A stretch of DNA of 64,000 nt from an uncultured Caulobacterales bacterium (GTDB lineage Bacteria; Pseudomonadota; Alphaproteobacteria; Caulobacterales; Parvularculaceae). The notes under the pieces were generated by a model that worked only from the letters and a program-made list of their open reading frames with translations, was not told the DNA's origin and did not search any database. The translations under genes and the position numbers were made by a program. This document shows, piece after piece, positions 28,121 to 38,766 of the stretch (within the stretch, counting starts at the first letter, position 1; every line of letters starts with the position of its first letter). The stretch spans positions 142 to 64,141 of the forward strand of contig CAZAFU010000001.1 of the NCBI GenBank assembly GCA_964484475.1, written 5' to 3'.

Positions 28121-29008
28121 ATGCGTTGCGTTGCCTTTCTTTGTGCTTGTCTTCTGGCACCCCTTCCGTCGATGGCGCAGACGAGTCCTCTCGGCACGTT
28201 TGACCGGGAGGTGACGGAGTTCCTTCCCGAAGGCGCGCGCCTTGTGGCGGGCGGCGGCCTGGGCATGATCTCGCAGCCCTATACCGGCGCGGATACGGTG
28301 CGGTTCGTCCCCGAGCCTCTCGTGGTCTTCCAGTCCGAGAAGTTTTCGTTCGTCGGCCGTACGCTCGCCTACAGGCTTTATGACGATGACATCTTCTCGT
28401 TCTCGGCCATCGCGGAGTGGCGTTTCTTCGGGCATGACGGCGGAGAGGACAGTCCCTTTCTGATCGGCATGGAGGAGAGGAAGGGAACCGCTGAGGTTGG
28501 CTTCAGGGCGGAAGTCGAGCGCGAGAAGACCCACCTTGCGGCAACCGCACGCACCGATGCCCTTTCACGGCACGGGGGTTTCGAGCTCGAAGGGCGGATC
28601 TCCTACGAGCTGTCCTCTTGGGCACCGCTGTCGGTCAGGCCCAACGCGGGGGTCCGCTACCAGTCGGGCGATCTCACCAACTACTATTTCGGCGTCGAGC
28701 GGGACGAGGCGATCACGCCCGGCCAGATCGGCCAGAGAGCCCTCGACGCCGCTGGCGGGGACCCCGCGCGGCTCGGCGATATCTTCAGGCCCGCCTACCG
28801 CCCGGACTCGGCCGCCACGACCTTCCTCGGGCTAACGGCCAGGCAGTCGATCACGCCGAAATTCGCCGCTGTCGGCGGCTTCGATCTCAACTTTCTCGAC
28901 CGGACCGTCAGGGACAGCCCGATCGTCGAGGAGGATATCCAGCTCTTCAGCTTCGTCGGTCTCATCTACATCTTCGGTGACGCGCAGACCCCGGCGGGAG
29001 TCGAGTAG
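28121..29008 (+). CDS. MipA/OmpV family outer membrane protein
   Basis: Signal peptide; PYTGAD, NYYFGV and DSPIV motifs; GAGGAG RBS. Confidence 0.88.
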   Translation: MRCVAFLCACLLAPLPSMAQTSPLGTFDREVTEFLPEGARLVAGGGLGMISQPYTGADTVRFVPEPLVVFQSEKFSFVGRTLAYRLYDDDIFSFSAIAEWRFFGHDGGEDSPFLIGMEERKGTAEVGFRAEVEREKTHLAATARTDALSRHGGFELEGRISYELSSWAPLSVRPNAGVRYQSGDLTNYYFGVERDEAITPGQIGQRALDAAGGDPARLGDIFRPAYRPDSAATTFLGLTARQSITPKFAAVGGFDLNFLDRTVRDSPIVEEDIQLFSFVGLIYIFGDAQTPAGVE

Positions 29009-29150
29009 CCCACCAGCGCTTTGCCGAGCCCCGGGCGATCCTTGTCGACCGGACAGGGAATTTATCACAGTCGCGCGCTGGCCTTGGCTGGATTTTAGTG
29101 GTTCCATCCTGACTTCGGCCGGACCGCGGCCTTTCTGGGTGGGTGCAACG

Positions 29151-32100
29151 ATGAAACCGAAACGACTGTCATTTCTTCTCGCAGCGGCGACGTCCGGCCT
29201 TTGCTTCGCGTTTCCCGCCAGTGCCCAGCCCGAGCAGCAACAACCGGCGCTCGAGGACTACTATGGTGACGCGCTGCAATATCGCAGCATCGGACCGAGC
29301 CGTGGCGGACGTGTAACGGCAGTCGCCGGGCACGCCGATAACCCGATGACCTACTACATGGGAGCGACCGGCGGCGGGGTCTGGAAGACCACCAATGGCG
29401 GGACGAGCTGGTCGGTGCTGTCTGACGGGGCATTCGAGACAGGTTCCGTGGGCGCGATCGCGGTGGCGCCTTCGGATCCGAATGTCGTGGTGGTCGGCAT
29501 GGGCGAGTCGCCGTTCCGCGGCGTTTCCTCGTCGCAAGGGGACGGTGTCTATCTTTCCACCGATGCAGGCGCGAAATGGCAGAAGGCCGGGCTCGAAGAA
29601 ACGCGGCAGATTGCGGGCGTCGTGATCGATCCCAATGACCCCGAGCGCTGGTGGATCGCGGCGCAGGGCGACATCTGGACCGAAAGCGAAGCGCGCGGCG
29701 TCTACATGACAGAGGACAGCGGCGCGACCTGGACCAAGGTCCTCGAAGGGGAGAACGGGACCAGCGGCGCCGTCGACCTCAAGATGGACCCGGGCAATCC
29801 GCGCATCCTCTACGCCGCCATGTGGGACCACCAGCGCACGCCTTGGCTCATGCGATCGGGAGGACCGGGTTCGGGCATCTGGAAATCGACCGATAGCGGC
29901 AGGACCTGGAAGGAACTGACCGAGGATCTCCCCGAGGAGATGGGCAAGATCGGGATCGCCCCCTCCGGGGCCAAACCCGGTCTGGTCTTCGCGGTCATCG
30001 AGGCAGCCGACGGCAAGGGCGGCGTCTACCGCTCGGACGACGGCGGCGAGAGCTGGACCCAGACGAACAGCGAACGCCAGGTGCAGCAGCGGTCCTGGTA
30101 CTACATGGACATCTTCGCGGACCCGCAGGATGCAAATACCGTCTACGTCCTCAGCGCACCCTTCCTGCGCTCGATCGACGGAGGGAAGACTTTCTCCTCG
30201 ATCTCCAATCCGCATACCGACCAGCACGATCTCTGGATCAACCCCGACGACCCGGAGGTCATGATCCTCGGCAATGATGGCGGCGGCACCGTCAGCTATG
30301 ACGGCGGCGAAAGCTGGTCGACACAAAACAATCAGCCCACGGCTCAGTTTTACCGGGTGAACGCCGACAACCGCTTCCCCTATCGCATCTATGGTGGTCA
30401 GCAGGACAACTCGACCATCGCCATCTCCAGCCGGGGCACGGACGGGAGCATCGGTCGCGAGGACTTCCAGTCGATCGGCGGCGGGGAAAGCGCCTTCGTT
30501 GACTTCTCCGACAGCGAGGACATGCGCTACATCTATGCCGGCAGCTATCTCGGGACGATCACGGAGTTCGACCTCGAAACGAGCATTACCCGCGACATCA
30601 ATGGCTATCCCGAGCTCGCCTTCGGCGTCGATCCGAAGGACCGCAGGCACCGCTTCAACTGGAATGCTCCTATCGTCGTCTCCGACCACGACCCGGACGT
30701 CATCTACCACGCAGGCGAGGCGGTCTTCCGCTCGACCGACCGGGGCTACTCCTGGGAAGCCATCAGCCCGGACCTCACCCGCGACGACCCCGAGAAACAG
30801 GGGCCGATGGGTGCTCCCATCACGAACGAAGTGTCCGAGAACTACAACACGATCGCCTATCTCGCGGAGAGCCCCCACTCCGAAGACGTTCTCTGGGCGG
30901 GCTCGGATGACGGCCTTGTCCACCTGACTGAAGACCAGGGCGAGACGTGGCGGGAAGTGACACCCCCCGGTCTTCCCGAGTCGCTCATCAACAGTATCGA
31001 TCCGTCACCGCACGATCCCGACAGCGCCTATGTCGTTGCCACGCGCTACAAGTTCGGCGACCGCGAGCCGCGGATCTACCGCACCGACGACATGGGCGAA
31101 AGCTGGACCCGTATCGACGCGGGATTGCCGGAGGAGGAATCTCTCTTCGTCCGTGTCTTGCGCGAGGACCCGGAGGTAGAAGACCTCCTTTACGCAGGGA
31201 CGGAGACCGGCCTCTATGTCTCTTGGGACGACGGCGCGTCGTGGTCGTCGCTCCGGCTCAACCTTCCGCACACGCCTATCACCGACATCAAGGTGCATCA
31301 GGGGGATCTGGTCGTGGCGACCCAGGGCCGCGGCTTCTACGTGCTCGACAGTCTCAACGTCATCCGTAACGGCGAGCCGGTCTATCGCGACGAGGACGCC
31401 TTCACCCTTTATGATCCGGAGACGTCGATCCGAAGGGAGACCGGCGGCGGCGCGGGCGGCGGGGATGCCCGGAACCCTGCGGAGGACCGGGGTGCACTGA
31501 TCTTCTACCGCTTCGCCGAGCAGCCTGACGTCGACGAGACACCCGTAACGCTCGAAGTGCTCGACGACCGGGGCAGGACGCTCTGGAAACTCGCGGCCGA
31601 CAATGAGGCCGGAGCGGAAGGCGGTAGCGACGCTCTGCCCTACGAGGCGGGCCTCAACCGTGTTTCCTGGAACCACCGCGTGCTCGATGCGACGGCTGCC
31701 GAAGGCCTCTATCAGGTGGGCGGCGACGCAGACGGCGTGACCGGACACAGGACCGGTCCCGGCGAATACCGCGTGCGGATGAGCGTCGGGGAGGAGACTT
31801 ACGAAGCCCCGCTCGTTCTCGCCTGGGATCCACGGCTCGACACATCCGACGATCAGGTGGCAGAGCAGCAGGAGACGCTTGAAGAGCTGCGCGGAATGAT
31901 CGACGAGCTCCACCGCTCGATCAATGCCATGGGCGAGGCCATCTCGCAGGCTGCGCGTTACCAAGACCTCCTCGAGGAAACCGGTGGGAATCGGGAGGTG
32001 ATGTCTGCCGCGGAGGAGCTTCAGGAAGAGCTGGAGGAATGGCGTGAAAGCGTCGCGAATTTCGAGCGTAAGGGTTTCCAGGATGTCCTGAATTTCCCCG

Positions 32101-32378
32101 ATCGTCTTTCTACCGACCTTCAGTTCCTCTACGGAGAGATCGACGGTGCGACCACCGGCCTGACGAAGGGAATGCGAGAACGCTTCGCCGACCTCCGGAC
32201 GCGTTGGGAAGAAGCGCTCGAAGAACGCGACGAGCTCCTTTCGGGCCCGGTGGCCAGTTTCGATGAGGCCCTCCGCGAGGCAGAAGTTGCCCGCATTGTC
32301 CTCCCCCCACTGACCGAGAAGGAGGCGAAAGCGGCCAAGGCCCGCAACGAGGCCGCCGAGGCGGAGACGACGGACTAG
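29151..32378 (+). CDS. Exported VPS10/BNR-repeat (Asp-box) beta-propeller glycosyl hydrolase-like protein
   Basis: RSIGPSRGGRV; many (S/T)xDxGxxW Asp-boxes; C-terminal helical region. Confidence 0.9.
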   Translation: MKPKRLSFLLAAATSGLCFAFPASAQPEQQQPALEDYYGDALQYRSIGPSRGGRVTAVAGHADNPMTYYMGATGGGVWKTTNGGTSWSVLSDGAFETGSVGAIAVAPSDPNVVVVGMGESPFRGVSSSQGDGVYLSTDAGAKWQKAGLEETRQIAGVVIDPNDPERWWIAAQGDIWTESEARGVYMTEDSGATWTKVLEGENGTSGAVDLKMDPGNPRILYAAMWDHQRTPWLMRSGGPGSGIWKSTDSGRTWKELTEDLPEEMGKIGIAPSGAKPGLVFAVIEAADGKGGVYRSDDGGESWTQTNSERQVQQRSWYYMDIFADPQDANTVYVLSAPFLRSIDGGKTFSSISNPHTDQHDLWINPDDPEVMILGNDGGGTVSYDGGESWSTQNNQPTAQFYRVNADNRFPYRIYGGQQDNSTIAISSRGTDGSIGREDFQSIGGGESAFVDFSDSEDMRYIYAGSYLGTITEFDLETSITRDINGYPELAFGVDPKDRRHRFNWNAPIVVSDHDPDVIYHAGEAVFRSTDRGYSWEAISPDLTRDDPEKQGPMGAPITNEVSENYNTIAYLAESPHSEDVLWAGSDDGLVHLTEDQGETWREVTPPGLPESLINSIDPSPHDPDSAYVVATRYKFGDREPRIYRTDDMGESWTRIDAGLPEEESLFVRVLREDPEVEDLLYAGTETGLYVSWDDGASWSSLRLNLPHTPITDIKVHQGDLVVATQGRGFYVLDSLNVIRNGEPVYRDEDAFTLYDPETSIRRETGGGAGGGDARNPAEDRGALIFYRFAEQPDVDETPVTLEVLDDRGRTLWKLAADNEAGAEGGSDALPYEAGLNRVSWNHRVLDATAAEGLYQVGGDADGVTGHRTGPGEYRVRMSVGEETYEAPLVLAWDPRLDTSDDQVAEQQETLEELRGMIDELHRSINAMGEAISQAARYQDLLEETGGNREVMSAAEELQEELEEWRESVANFERKGFQDVLNFPDRLSTDLQFLYGEIDGATTGLTKGMRERFADLRTRWEEALEERDELLSGPVASFDEALREAEVARIVLPPLTEKEAKAAKARNEAAEAETTD

Positions 32379-32621
32379 CCGCCGTCGGCAGTCGGTAGCG
32401 CAAAGGGCTTTCCAGACAGGACCCTGCACGGCTCCGGGTGACCTCAGGAACGCCCGGAGCCGAGGATGTCGTGCCGTTCAACCCATTGGCGGGACAGCGT
32501 TCGATGCACGTTTCGAGGGGGGTGTCCGAGTCCGGGCGGCAAAAATTGAGCGCGACTGTCCCATGCGACGCCAGCCCGCCGCGACGACGCTTCTCAGGCC
32601 ATCGGCCACCGTCCGAGGGGC

Positions 32622-34277
32622 TCAGAGACCGCTTCTTGCAGCTGGCCCCTCATCCAGATTGCATTGTTCTGCGCGACCCCCGGTGGTGGTCATTCCGAAC
32701 TCCGAGAGCGTGTCATCCGTGTTGATGAGCCGTATCGTGACACCATTGGTCCAGCCAAATCCGTCCTGGTTCGGATATTCACCGCCGCCGCCTTCCCTAC
32801 GATCGACGACATCATACTTCTCGCCGAGCTTACCGCTTTCGCAATAGCCGCGCGCGACGGTACGGACCCAACGCCGCGCCACCTCATCGGCGAGTTCGGG
32901 GCGCCCATACCCGTCACTGCTGACGACCGCGATCCATTGATGAGGGGCCCAGCCGTTCGGCGCGTCCCACTGCTCCCCGGAGCGCTCAGGGGTCGGCAGA
33001 ATACCGCCCGCCGCGAGAAGATACCGTTCAGCAGCTTGCAGCGTCTTCCGCCCCCGTTCATCGCTCGCCATCCCGGTGAACAGCGGGTAGAGCATGGCCG
33101 CAGTCGGTGTCTGCCGCACGGCCTTGTCTGTCAGGTCCCAGTCGGCGTAATAATCGTCCTCAGCCCAGAAATACCTCTCGATGGCAGCTTTCCGTCGCGC
33201 CGCCATGCCGTCATATTCTTCCGCACACGCTGGTTTTCCAGACCGTTCACAGCCGTCCGCTATCGCCCGCTCGAGGCCATAGAGCAGCGCGTTGAGGTCC
33301 ACAGGAACGATATCAGTCGTATCGATGCTCGCAAGGCTTCCGCCCCCATCCAGCCACCGCGATGAGAAGTCCCAGCCACTTTCCGCGCCCGCTCTCAAGT
33401 CACGATAGACGTCCTCATGAGGACGGTTCGACGCTTCGGCAGTCTCGACATCGTATCGGTAGCTTTCGTCCCGGGGAACATCGCGGTCATCATAATAGCG
33501 CTGAAGGATGCTTCCATCGGGCATGGCAACACTTCGGCCCGATACCTCGCCGGCCTGCAAGTCCGTCCCGTCACCCGTCCAGAACCGATGCTCCTGTTGC
33601 AGGTATGGAAGATATTCTGCCCACGCCGCTGACGGGTCGGTCTCGTTCAGCAGGCCGACCATCAGATAGAAGAAGGGAGGCTGCGATCGGCTGAGATAGT
33701 AGGTGCGATTGCCGTTCGGTATCCTGCCGTAGCGATCGAGCGCGGCCGCGAAATTTTCGACGACATCGCGCCGCAATTCAGCATACGCGCCGTCGAGGCC
33801 CAGCATCGTGAAGTAGGTGTCCCAGTAATAGGCCTCGCGGAAGCGCCCGCCGGGAACGATGTAGGGATTGGGGAGTGGCAGTAGAGATCCGCGTCCCTGC
33901 GCCCTTTCGGCGGAACGGCTGAGTACGGGCCAGAGCGCTTCGATATGTTCGGACAGGGTCAAGCCCTCTTCGAGGGACAGCTCCGCGCCGACCTCGGGAG
34001 ACGGCTCGAAATTCGCCTCAACGAATTCGGCAAGCTCCTCGTCACTCATAGGCGCGCGGGCATCATAGGCTGTTTCGATCTCTCCCACGGGACGCTTGGG
34101 ACGCATATCGGCCCAGTCCTTGGGTTCGTAGAGCTCGCTCATCGCCACCCGCACGAAAAGATCGGGATATGCTGCGGATGGCGGCTCTTCCGTAATCGAA
34201 TCCTTCGGTAGTGGCGAGAGTGGCAGGCTCGAGCATGAGGTGAGCAGCAGTGCGAGGGCCAGTGAAAGATACCGCAT
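32622..34277 (-). CDS. treA: Alpha,alpha-trehalase (GH37), lipoprotein
   Basis: PGGRFREAYYWDTY, YYLSRSQPP, AESGWDFSSRW, QWDAPNGWAP and DGFGWTNG motifs; LLTSC lipobox. Confidence 0.95.
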   Translation of the reverse strand: MRYLSLALALLLTSCSSLPLSPLPKDSITEEPPSAAYPDLFVRVAMSELYEPKDWADMRPKRPVGEIETAYDARAPMSDEELAEFVEANFEPSPEVGAELSLEEGLTLSEHIEALWPVLSRSAERAQGRGSLLPLPNPYIVPGGRFREAYYWDTYFTMLGLDGAYAELRRDVVENFAAALDRYGRIPNGNRTYYLSRSQPPFFYLMVGLLNETDPSAAWAEYLPYLQQEHRFWTGDGTDLQAGEVSGRSVAMPDGSILQRYYDDRDVPRDESYRYDVETAEASNRPHEDVYRDLRAGAESGWDFSSRWLDGGGSLASIDTTDIVPVDLNALLYGLERAIADGCERSGKPACAEEYDGMAARRKAAIERYFWAEDDYYADWDLTDKAVRQTPTAAMLYPLFTGMASDERGRKTLQAAERYLLAAGGILPTPERSGEQWDAPNGWAPHQWIAVVSSDGYGRPELADEVARRWVRTVARGYCESGKLGEKYDVVDRREGGGGEYPNQDGFGWTNGVTIRLINTDDTLSEFGMTTTGGRAEQCNLDEGPAARSGL

Positions 34278-34339
34278 GGAAACGTTCCGGGTTGTGGAAG
34301 TCCGGCGACCAAGGCCGCCGGACAGGTCTTGTACAGTCT

Positions 34340-36895
34340 TCAGAAGGTATAGCCGACGGTGAAGTTTACCGATCGTCCGAAGATCGGCCTCCCATTGGGA
34401 GCCGCCGGATTTCGGGGGTCTCCCTCCGTGATGCCGTCGCTGTCGGTGATGTTGTCCGCGAAGACCTGCAGGAAGACACCGTTCTGGTGCGTTACGATCA
34501 CGCCTGCATCGATCTTTTCGTAACTCTCAAGCTCGACGGTGTTGTCGAGGTCACCGAAACGGTCACCGACCCAGGTCGCCGCGCCGTAGAGAACGGTCTC
34601 GAACGGACCCGTGACGAAGCTGTAGGAGGGCTCGAGGCGGAGCTGGGTGTCCGGCTGGCGCTGAACGTTGTTGCCTTCCTGTGAAACGGTCGTCGATTCG
34701 GTGATCTCCGCATCCTGGAAGGTTGCGTTGAACCGGGTAACGAAGCTCCCGAGGCTGAGCGTACCATCGACCTCGATGCCCACGGCTTCGGTTTCGAAGG
34801 CTGCATTGGCGACCGTGGACCCGACATTCGAGGCGAACGCATCATTCGTGTTGTAGAACAGTGTCGCGTAAAGGCGTAGAAGATCGCCCGAGTATTTCAG
34901 GCCCCCTTCGAGCTGCTTGACGTCATCAACACTGAAGGCACCTTCGCGGATCTCGTCGAAATGGGGGAAGAGCGCACCGCTCGAGTAGCGTGCGAAAGCG
35001 CTCCAGTCTGGCGTGAACGCGTAGTTGCCCGCGAGTGTCCACGACCACTCTTCACCTTCGACTTCGATATCGAGATCGGTGGTGCCGTCGGCGAAGCCTG
35101 GACCGGAATCGAGAAGATAATCGAGCTCGAACCATTCATGCCGTATGCCGCCATCGATCCTGAACTGCGGGGTGATCTGCCAAGAGTCCGCCGCGTACAA
35201 GGCGAAATTCCGCGCATCGCCCTGCGACTGGAGGCCGAAGTTGAAACCGGCATCGCCCCCGGCCGCGGCAATGTCCGCCGGGGTGATGTCGGAGTCCAGA
35301 ATATCTCCGTTCGCGGTGTTATGGACCGGGATCGGGTTGCCGATCGACCATGTATCGTCTGCGGAGTAATCCGAGACGAAGGCGCCGAACGTGATGTCGT
35401 GGCCGCCTTCGGCAATACTGGCACTGAAGTCGTTCGTCAGTGCCTCAATGTCCTTGAGAACCACCCAGTGACCATAGGTCTGGACAAAATCTCCCGAGCC
35501 GAGCGTTTCGCCTCCTGCCGTTGTCACCGGCTCGCCAATGACTGCGGCAAGATCGGCTGCCGGGACAGCGGCGCCTGCCGGGACGAACCCGAACGTATCC
35601 GCGTCACCATCCGTGTAGGTCAGGACATTGCGAACAGTCAGCCGGTCACTGAGATCATAGGAAAAGGTGCTGCCGGCAATGATGCCGTCCCAGCCCCGAC
35701 CATCCGCGAAATCGAACTCTTCGGTCTCGCCATCGGGCGCGACCTGGATTGTCCGGAAGCGCGTGGCATTGCCTAGCTGGGCGAAGGTTCCGGCGTCGTT
35801 GCCGGTGTTGAGCGCCTGCGGCAGCACCCACTGCCCATGGTCGTCGGTTGCGCGGACGTAGCCGGAGATCTTGCCCCGGGCGAGCTGCTTGGTGAGCTGC
35901 CCGGTGATCTGGTAGCCCTCTTCGGACTGGAATTCCGTGTCGCGAAGGCCGTCCGAACCACGGACATATCCGCCCACCATGTAGGTCAATGTATCAGTGA
36001 TGGGTCCACTGATGACACCATCGACCCGATGTGCGCCGAAGTCGGAGTATGTGTACTGCGTCCGTCCCTCGGTGAAGTCGCCGCCCTCCTTGAGATTGAA
36101 GTTGACGGTCAGTCCTGGCTGCCCTGCCCCGAAAACGGAACTCGGACCACCGCGCAGACCTTCGACCTGCTCGATGGTGAAGTCGGTCCGGAAGATCGAT
36201 GACTGCTCGAAGAAGGAGAGGGTCGAGGCGCCGTAGATCGGGCCGCCATTGATCGCCAGCGTCACGAAAGGCGCGTCGCCCCCGGACGGCAGACCACGGA
36301 CGAAGATGTTGGCGCCCGCGACACCGCCAGAGCTTTCCACCCACACACCGGGGATCTGCCTGAACAGGTCGGCCGTGCTTTGCGGTTGGAAGCGTTCGAT
36401 GGATTCGGTCGGGATCGTGGTCACCGCGAAGCTCGCGTCCTGGCGGTTGGTACCTGCAGCGCCCGCCGTACCGACGACAACGATCACGTCTTCTCCGTAG
36501 TCGTCGCCCGCCGGCTCCTGCGCCGCAGCCGTCCCGACGAGGAGCGCCATCAAGGATGCGCCCGCTGCCAGTCTTTTCGTCTGAATGCCCATGTCTGTCG
36601 TCTCCTGGGTTGTGTCTTTTTTTGTGATGATGACGACACCGCTCTCTCCGATCCGGCCCTGAAGGCCGGTCCCCGAAAGAAGCCGTGCCAGAGCTTCTTC
36701 GGCCGTAAAGACGCCATGCAACCCGGGGCTTTCCGCGCCGCGCACGAGACCACTGGAGACGAGAAGACGAAGATCGGCCTGACGCGAGACATCGAGAAGT
36801 GCGTCGGAGAGGTTGCCCGGAGGAACGTCGAAACGCACCGCCTGCTGCCCAGCCAACGCCGCTGCCGCGACTGCCATCCCTGCCAAAACCAACAA
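34340..36895 (-). CDS. TonB-dependent receptor with N-terminal STN signalling domain
   Basis: STN pattern (FDVPPGNLSDAL...EEALARLLSGTGL), plug and barrel, C-terminal GYTF; start uncertain (TTG 36895 or ATG 36877); second in-frame start at 36592. Confidence 0.9.
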   Translation of the reverse strand: MLVLAGMAVAAAALAGQQAVRFDVPPGNLSDALLDVSRQADLRLLVSSGLVRGAESPGLHGVFTAEEALARLLSGTGLQGRIGESGVVIITKKDTTQETTDMGIQTKRLAAGASLMALLVGTAAAQEPAGDDYGEDVIVVVGTAGAAGTNRQDASFAVTTIPTESIERFQPQSTADLFRQIPGVWVESSGGVAGANIFVRGLPSGGDAPFVTLAINGGPIYGASTLSFFEQSSIFRTDFTIEQVEGLRGGPSSVFGAGQPGLTVNFNLKEGGDFTEGRTQYTYSDFGAHRVDGVISGPITDTLTYMVGGYVRGSDGLRDTEFQSEEGYQITGQLTKQLARGKISGYVRATDDHGQWVLPQALNTGNDAGTFAQLGNATRFRTIQVAPDGETEEFDFADGRGWDGIIAGSTFSYDLSDRLTVRNVLTYTDGDADTFGFVPAGAAVPAADLAAVIGEPVTTAGGETLGSGDFVQTYGHWVVLKDIEALTNDFSASIAEGGHDITFGAFVSDYSADDTWSIGNPIPVHNTANGDILDSDITPADIAAAGGDAGFNFGLQSQGDARNFALYAADSWQITPQFRIDGGIRHEWFELDYLLDSGPGFADGTTDLDIEVEGEEWSWTLAGNYAFTPDWSAFARYSSGALFPHFDEIREGAFSVDDVKQLEGGLKYSGDLLRLYATLFYNTNDAFASNVGSTVANAAFETEAVGIEVDGTLSLGSFVTRFNATFQDAEITESTTVSQEGNNVQRQPDTQLRLEPSYSFVTGPFETVLYGAATWVGDRFGDLDNTVELESYEKIDAGVIVTHQNGVFLQVFADNITDSDGITEGDPRNPAAPNGRPIFGRSVNFTVGYTF

Positions 36896-37032
36896 ACGTT
36901 TCCGCCCAGTGTTCTTATCTTGTCCGGCCAGACGAACCCCGCGCGGGAGATCATCCAATACCGTAAAGCGCGACACGTGGAGTTTCCTCCATGTGGAGGA
37001 TGACATTTATCGGGTTGAGGGGCCAGCTGAGC

Positions 37033-38028
37033 TCAGCGCGCTTCCGAAGCGGAGTGCAGCTCGACCCGGCCGGGCCCCGCGCGCACGACTTCGATACCGA
37101 AGCCAAGCTCCAGCGCCTCGAACAGGGCATCCACCTCGCCGACCGGAAAATAGCCGTCGATCGTGATGTCCGCCAGCGCGTCCTCGGCGATCGTGATGCG
37201 GGTATCCGTATATCGGCTCACCTCGGCGACCACCTCTTCGAGAGGCGTCTCGGCGAAGACGAGAGAGCCGCTTCGCCAGCTCATCTCCCGTGCCAGCTCG
37301 GCTTCCAGAAGAGGTTCCACCGACCGGCGGCCATCGGCGATGACGGCGTGCTGCTTGGGGGACAGGAACAGCGGCTCGCCCTCGTCTCCGAGCACCTGGA
37401 CCAGGCCTTCCTCGACCAGGACCTCTACACGGTCCCCCTCCACGAGGACGGAGAATATCGTTCCGAGAACCTGAATGCGTTGACCGCCGGCGATCACCAC
37501 GAAGGGGCGCTCGGGGTTGCGCGTGACTTCGAAGAGCGCCTCGCCCTGACCGAGCACCACCCGCCGCTCGCGGCGGTCGTAATCGACAGTCACATCAGTC
37601 CGTGTATTGAGGACAAGTGCGGAGCCATCTTCGAGCTGCCGTTCGAGCTGTTCACCGACAGCCGTCCGGATGCTGTCGCCCTCGGCGGTGCCGAGCTGCT
37701 GCAACATCAGCGTACCGGCTGCCAAAGTCCCGAGCAGCACCATCGCCGCCCCCGACGCGGTGGCGGGCCGGCGTTTGAGAAGAAGGTTCGAAGCCTCGGC
37801 AATCGAGAGCCCTCCGTGCCCCTCCTCTGGCCCGTGCAGGTCCGACACCGCCATGTGGACCTTCGCAAGCGTGAGGAAACGCTGCTCGTGCAGCGGGCTC
37901 CGGCCGCGCCACTCGCGGAATGCCTCCTGCTCGTCAGCGGACAGGTTTCCACCGTCGAGCTTGATGACCCACATCACGGCTTCCTCGTCGATCGAGGTCT
38001 GGTCGGGGAAGTGACGGAGCTTGCTCAT
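37033..38028 (-). CDS. fecR: FecR family anti-sigma factor
   Basis: EEAVMW, TAVGE....LEDGS...LNT, GEALFEV, VLGTIF and WRSG.LVF motifs. Confidence 0.92.
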   Translation of the reverse strand: MSKLRHFPDQTSIDEEAVMWVIKLDGGNLSADEQEAFREWRGRSPLHEQRFLTLAKVHMAVSDLHGPEEGHGGLSIAEASNLLLKRRPATASGAAMVLLGTLAAGTLMLQQLGTAEGDSIRTAVGEQLERQLEDGSALVLNTRTDVTVDYDRRERRVVLGQGEALFEVTRNPERPFVVIAGGQRIQVLGTIFSVLVEGDRVEVLVEEGLVQVLGDEGEPLFLSPKQHAVIADGRRSVEPLLEAELAREMSWRSGSLVFAETPLEEVVAEVSRYTDTRITIAEDALADITIDGYFPVGEVDALFEALELGFGIEVVRAGPGRVELHSASEAR

Positions 38029-38579
38029 CGCTGACCACCCAGCGGCTTCGCGTCGTCGTCGAAGCGATCCCCGTCCTCTGTCATTGCCTGATGAAGAGCG
38101 ATCGTCGCCTTGGCGAGATGCTTCTCGACCGTGCTGACGGCGATGCCGAGGCGGCCGGCGATCTCCTTGTAGCTCAGTCCTTCGAAATGACGCATCATAA
38201 ACACTTCCCGCGGTCTCGCCGACATGCCCTCGAGACATCCGGCGACCAGACGCAGCCGCTCGCGTGACTCCACCGTACGAACGCCATCCGGCCTATCTCC
38301 AGAAAGCGTCTCGATGTCGATATCCTCCACTGTCTGGGCAAGAAAAGTCGCGCGACGCCGATTGCTTTTGTAACAGACGGTGCGGGCGACGCGGTAAAGG
38401 TAGGCTCCGGGCTCGTCGAGCTGCTCATCGCCCTTGGCCCTGTGGGCGTTGAGGAAAGTCTCTTGTAGAAGGTCCTCGATCTCGTCCTGCGAGAAGGCCA
38501 GCCGCGTGATCATGCGGGCGAGACGCGGTTTGATGGAGAGAAAAGTCTCGGCGATGCCGCCGGATTTTCGCTTGCCCAT
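38025..38579 (-). CDS. ECF RNA polymerase sigma factor (FecI-like)
   Basis: EDLLQETF and GLSYKEIA..LGI..STVEKHL motifs; overlaps the fecR start. Confidence 0.93.
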   Translation of the reverse strand: MGKRKSGGIAETFLSIKPRLARMITRLAFSQDEIEDLLQETFLNAHRAKGDEQLDEPGAYLYRVARTVCYKSNRRRATFLAQTVEDIDIETLSGDRPDGVRTVESRERLRLVAGCLEGMSARPREVFMMRHFEGLSYKEIAGRLGIAVSTVEKHLAKATIALHQAMTEDGDRFDDDAKPLGGQR

Positions 38580-38766
38580 TGTGTTTCGTCCCAGAATTCC
38601 CGGCCTGACGCCAAGCGGTGCTTCAACGGTAGCGTCAGACCGGGCAGGTTTGAAGCGCCAGCGGCTGATGAGGCGACTGCTGCGCCCCGGGGAAGGTCAC
38701 TGACCAGTCGGGCTGGTTCGTGAAAGTGAAGGGTACCGATCGCGATGCGACCCTGGTTTGGGAGAT

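Noticed and set aside
29169-32429. Long minus-strand ORFs (584 and 474 aa) opposite the VPS10/BNR gene; similar cases at 3641-4984, 19229-21968, 49182-50684, 55433-57091 and 59250-60818
   Set aside because: Shadow ORFs with no family signatures
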